A DNA stretch of 64,000 nt from Parachlamydiales bacterium (GTDB taxonomy: Bacteria; Chlamydiota; Chlamydiia; Chlamydiales; JAFEGQ01). The DNA is taken from contig JBFWPF010000001.1 of the NCBI GenBank assembly GCA_050250135.1, positions 30,305 to 94,304 on the forward strand, read 5' to 3'. Under the pieces are notes generated by a model that saw only the letters and a program-made list of their open reading frames with translations, was not told the DNA's origin and did not search any database. A program made the position numbers and the translations under genes. Shown piece after piece: positions 63,953 to 64,000 of the stretch (position 1 is the first letter of the stretch; each line of letters opens with the position of its first letter).

Positions 63953-64000
63953 TGAATATCAATATCTTAAAAAATAACTTTAAATAAATTAACAAAATAT

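Overview
This 64-kb window is a gene-dense, high-GC bacterial chromosomal segment, and I assign it to an environmental, chlamydia-like member of the Chlamydiota. The assignment rests on a TopA with a C-terminal SWIB domain, dispersed RsbU/RsbW/RsbV partner-switching genes, trpS-uvrB synteny, and tandem tyrP-type permeases. It also rests on a GroES-less GroEL paralog, Cys-rich MOMP-like porins, and eukaryote-like F-box/LRR and dual-specificity-phosphatase proteins. Housekeeping genes I recognise are pgi, ppa, pepP, mutL, cca, trmH-family, rsgA, eno, ahpC, trkA/trkH, groEL, uvrD, aroB, topA, uvrB, trpS and one tRNA-Arg(ACG). There are three accessory blocks. (1) 1964-8250 holds a Sec-signal Rhs/YD-repeat protein. 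Its lower-GC C-terminal domain looks like a serine hydrolase, and a translationally coupled exported protein follows it. (2) 35139-47308 holds ten tandem same-strand paralogs of a Cys-rich MOMP-like beta-barrel family. Two copies are nearly identical except for short variable patches. (3) Several membrane or effector-like proteins lie at 47356-48021, 50085-52732, 56563-57626 and 63248-63952. Non-coding signals not explained by the gene calls are as follows. A 15-25 nt palindrome (consensus TGTAAAGC-N-GCTTTACA) recurs five times, four of them inside unrelated CDSs in different reading frames. Five long imperfect hairpins with unrelated sequences each sit 0-45 nt downstream of a stop codon. One of these sequesters the SD and start codon of a 61-aa hydrophobic ORF. 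A tRNA 3' end abuts a start codon with no spacer. I found no rRNA, CRISPR array, transposase or integrase. All calls come from reading the sequence and ORF track by eye; no database search was run.
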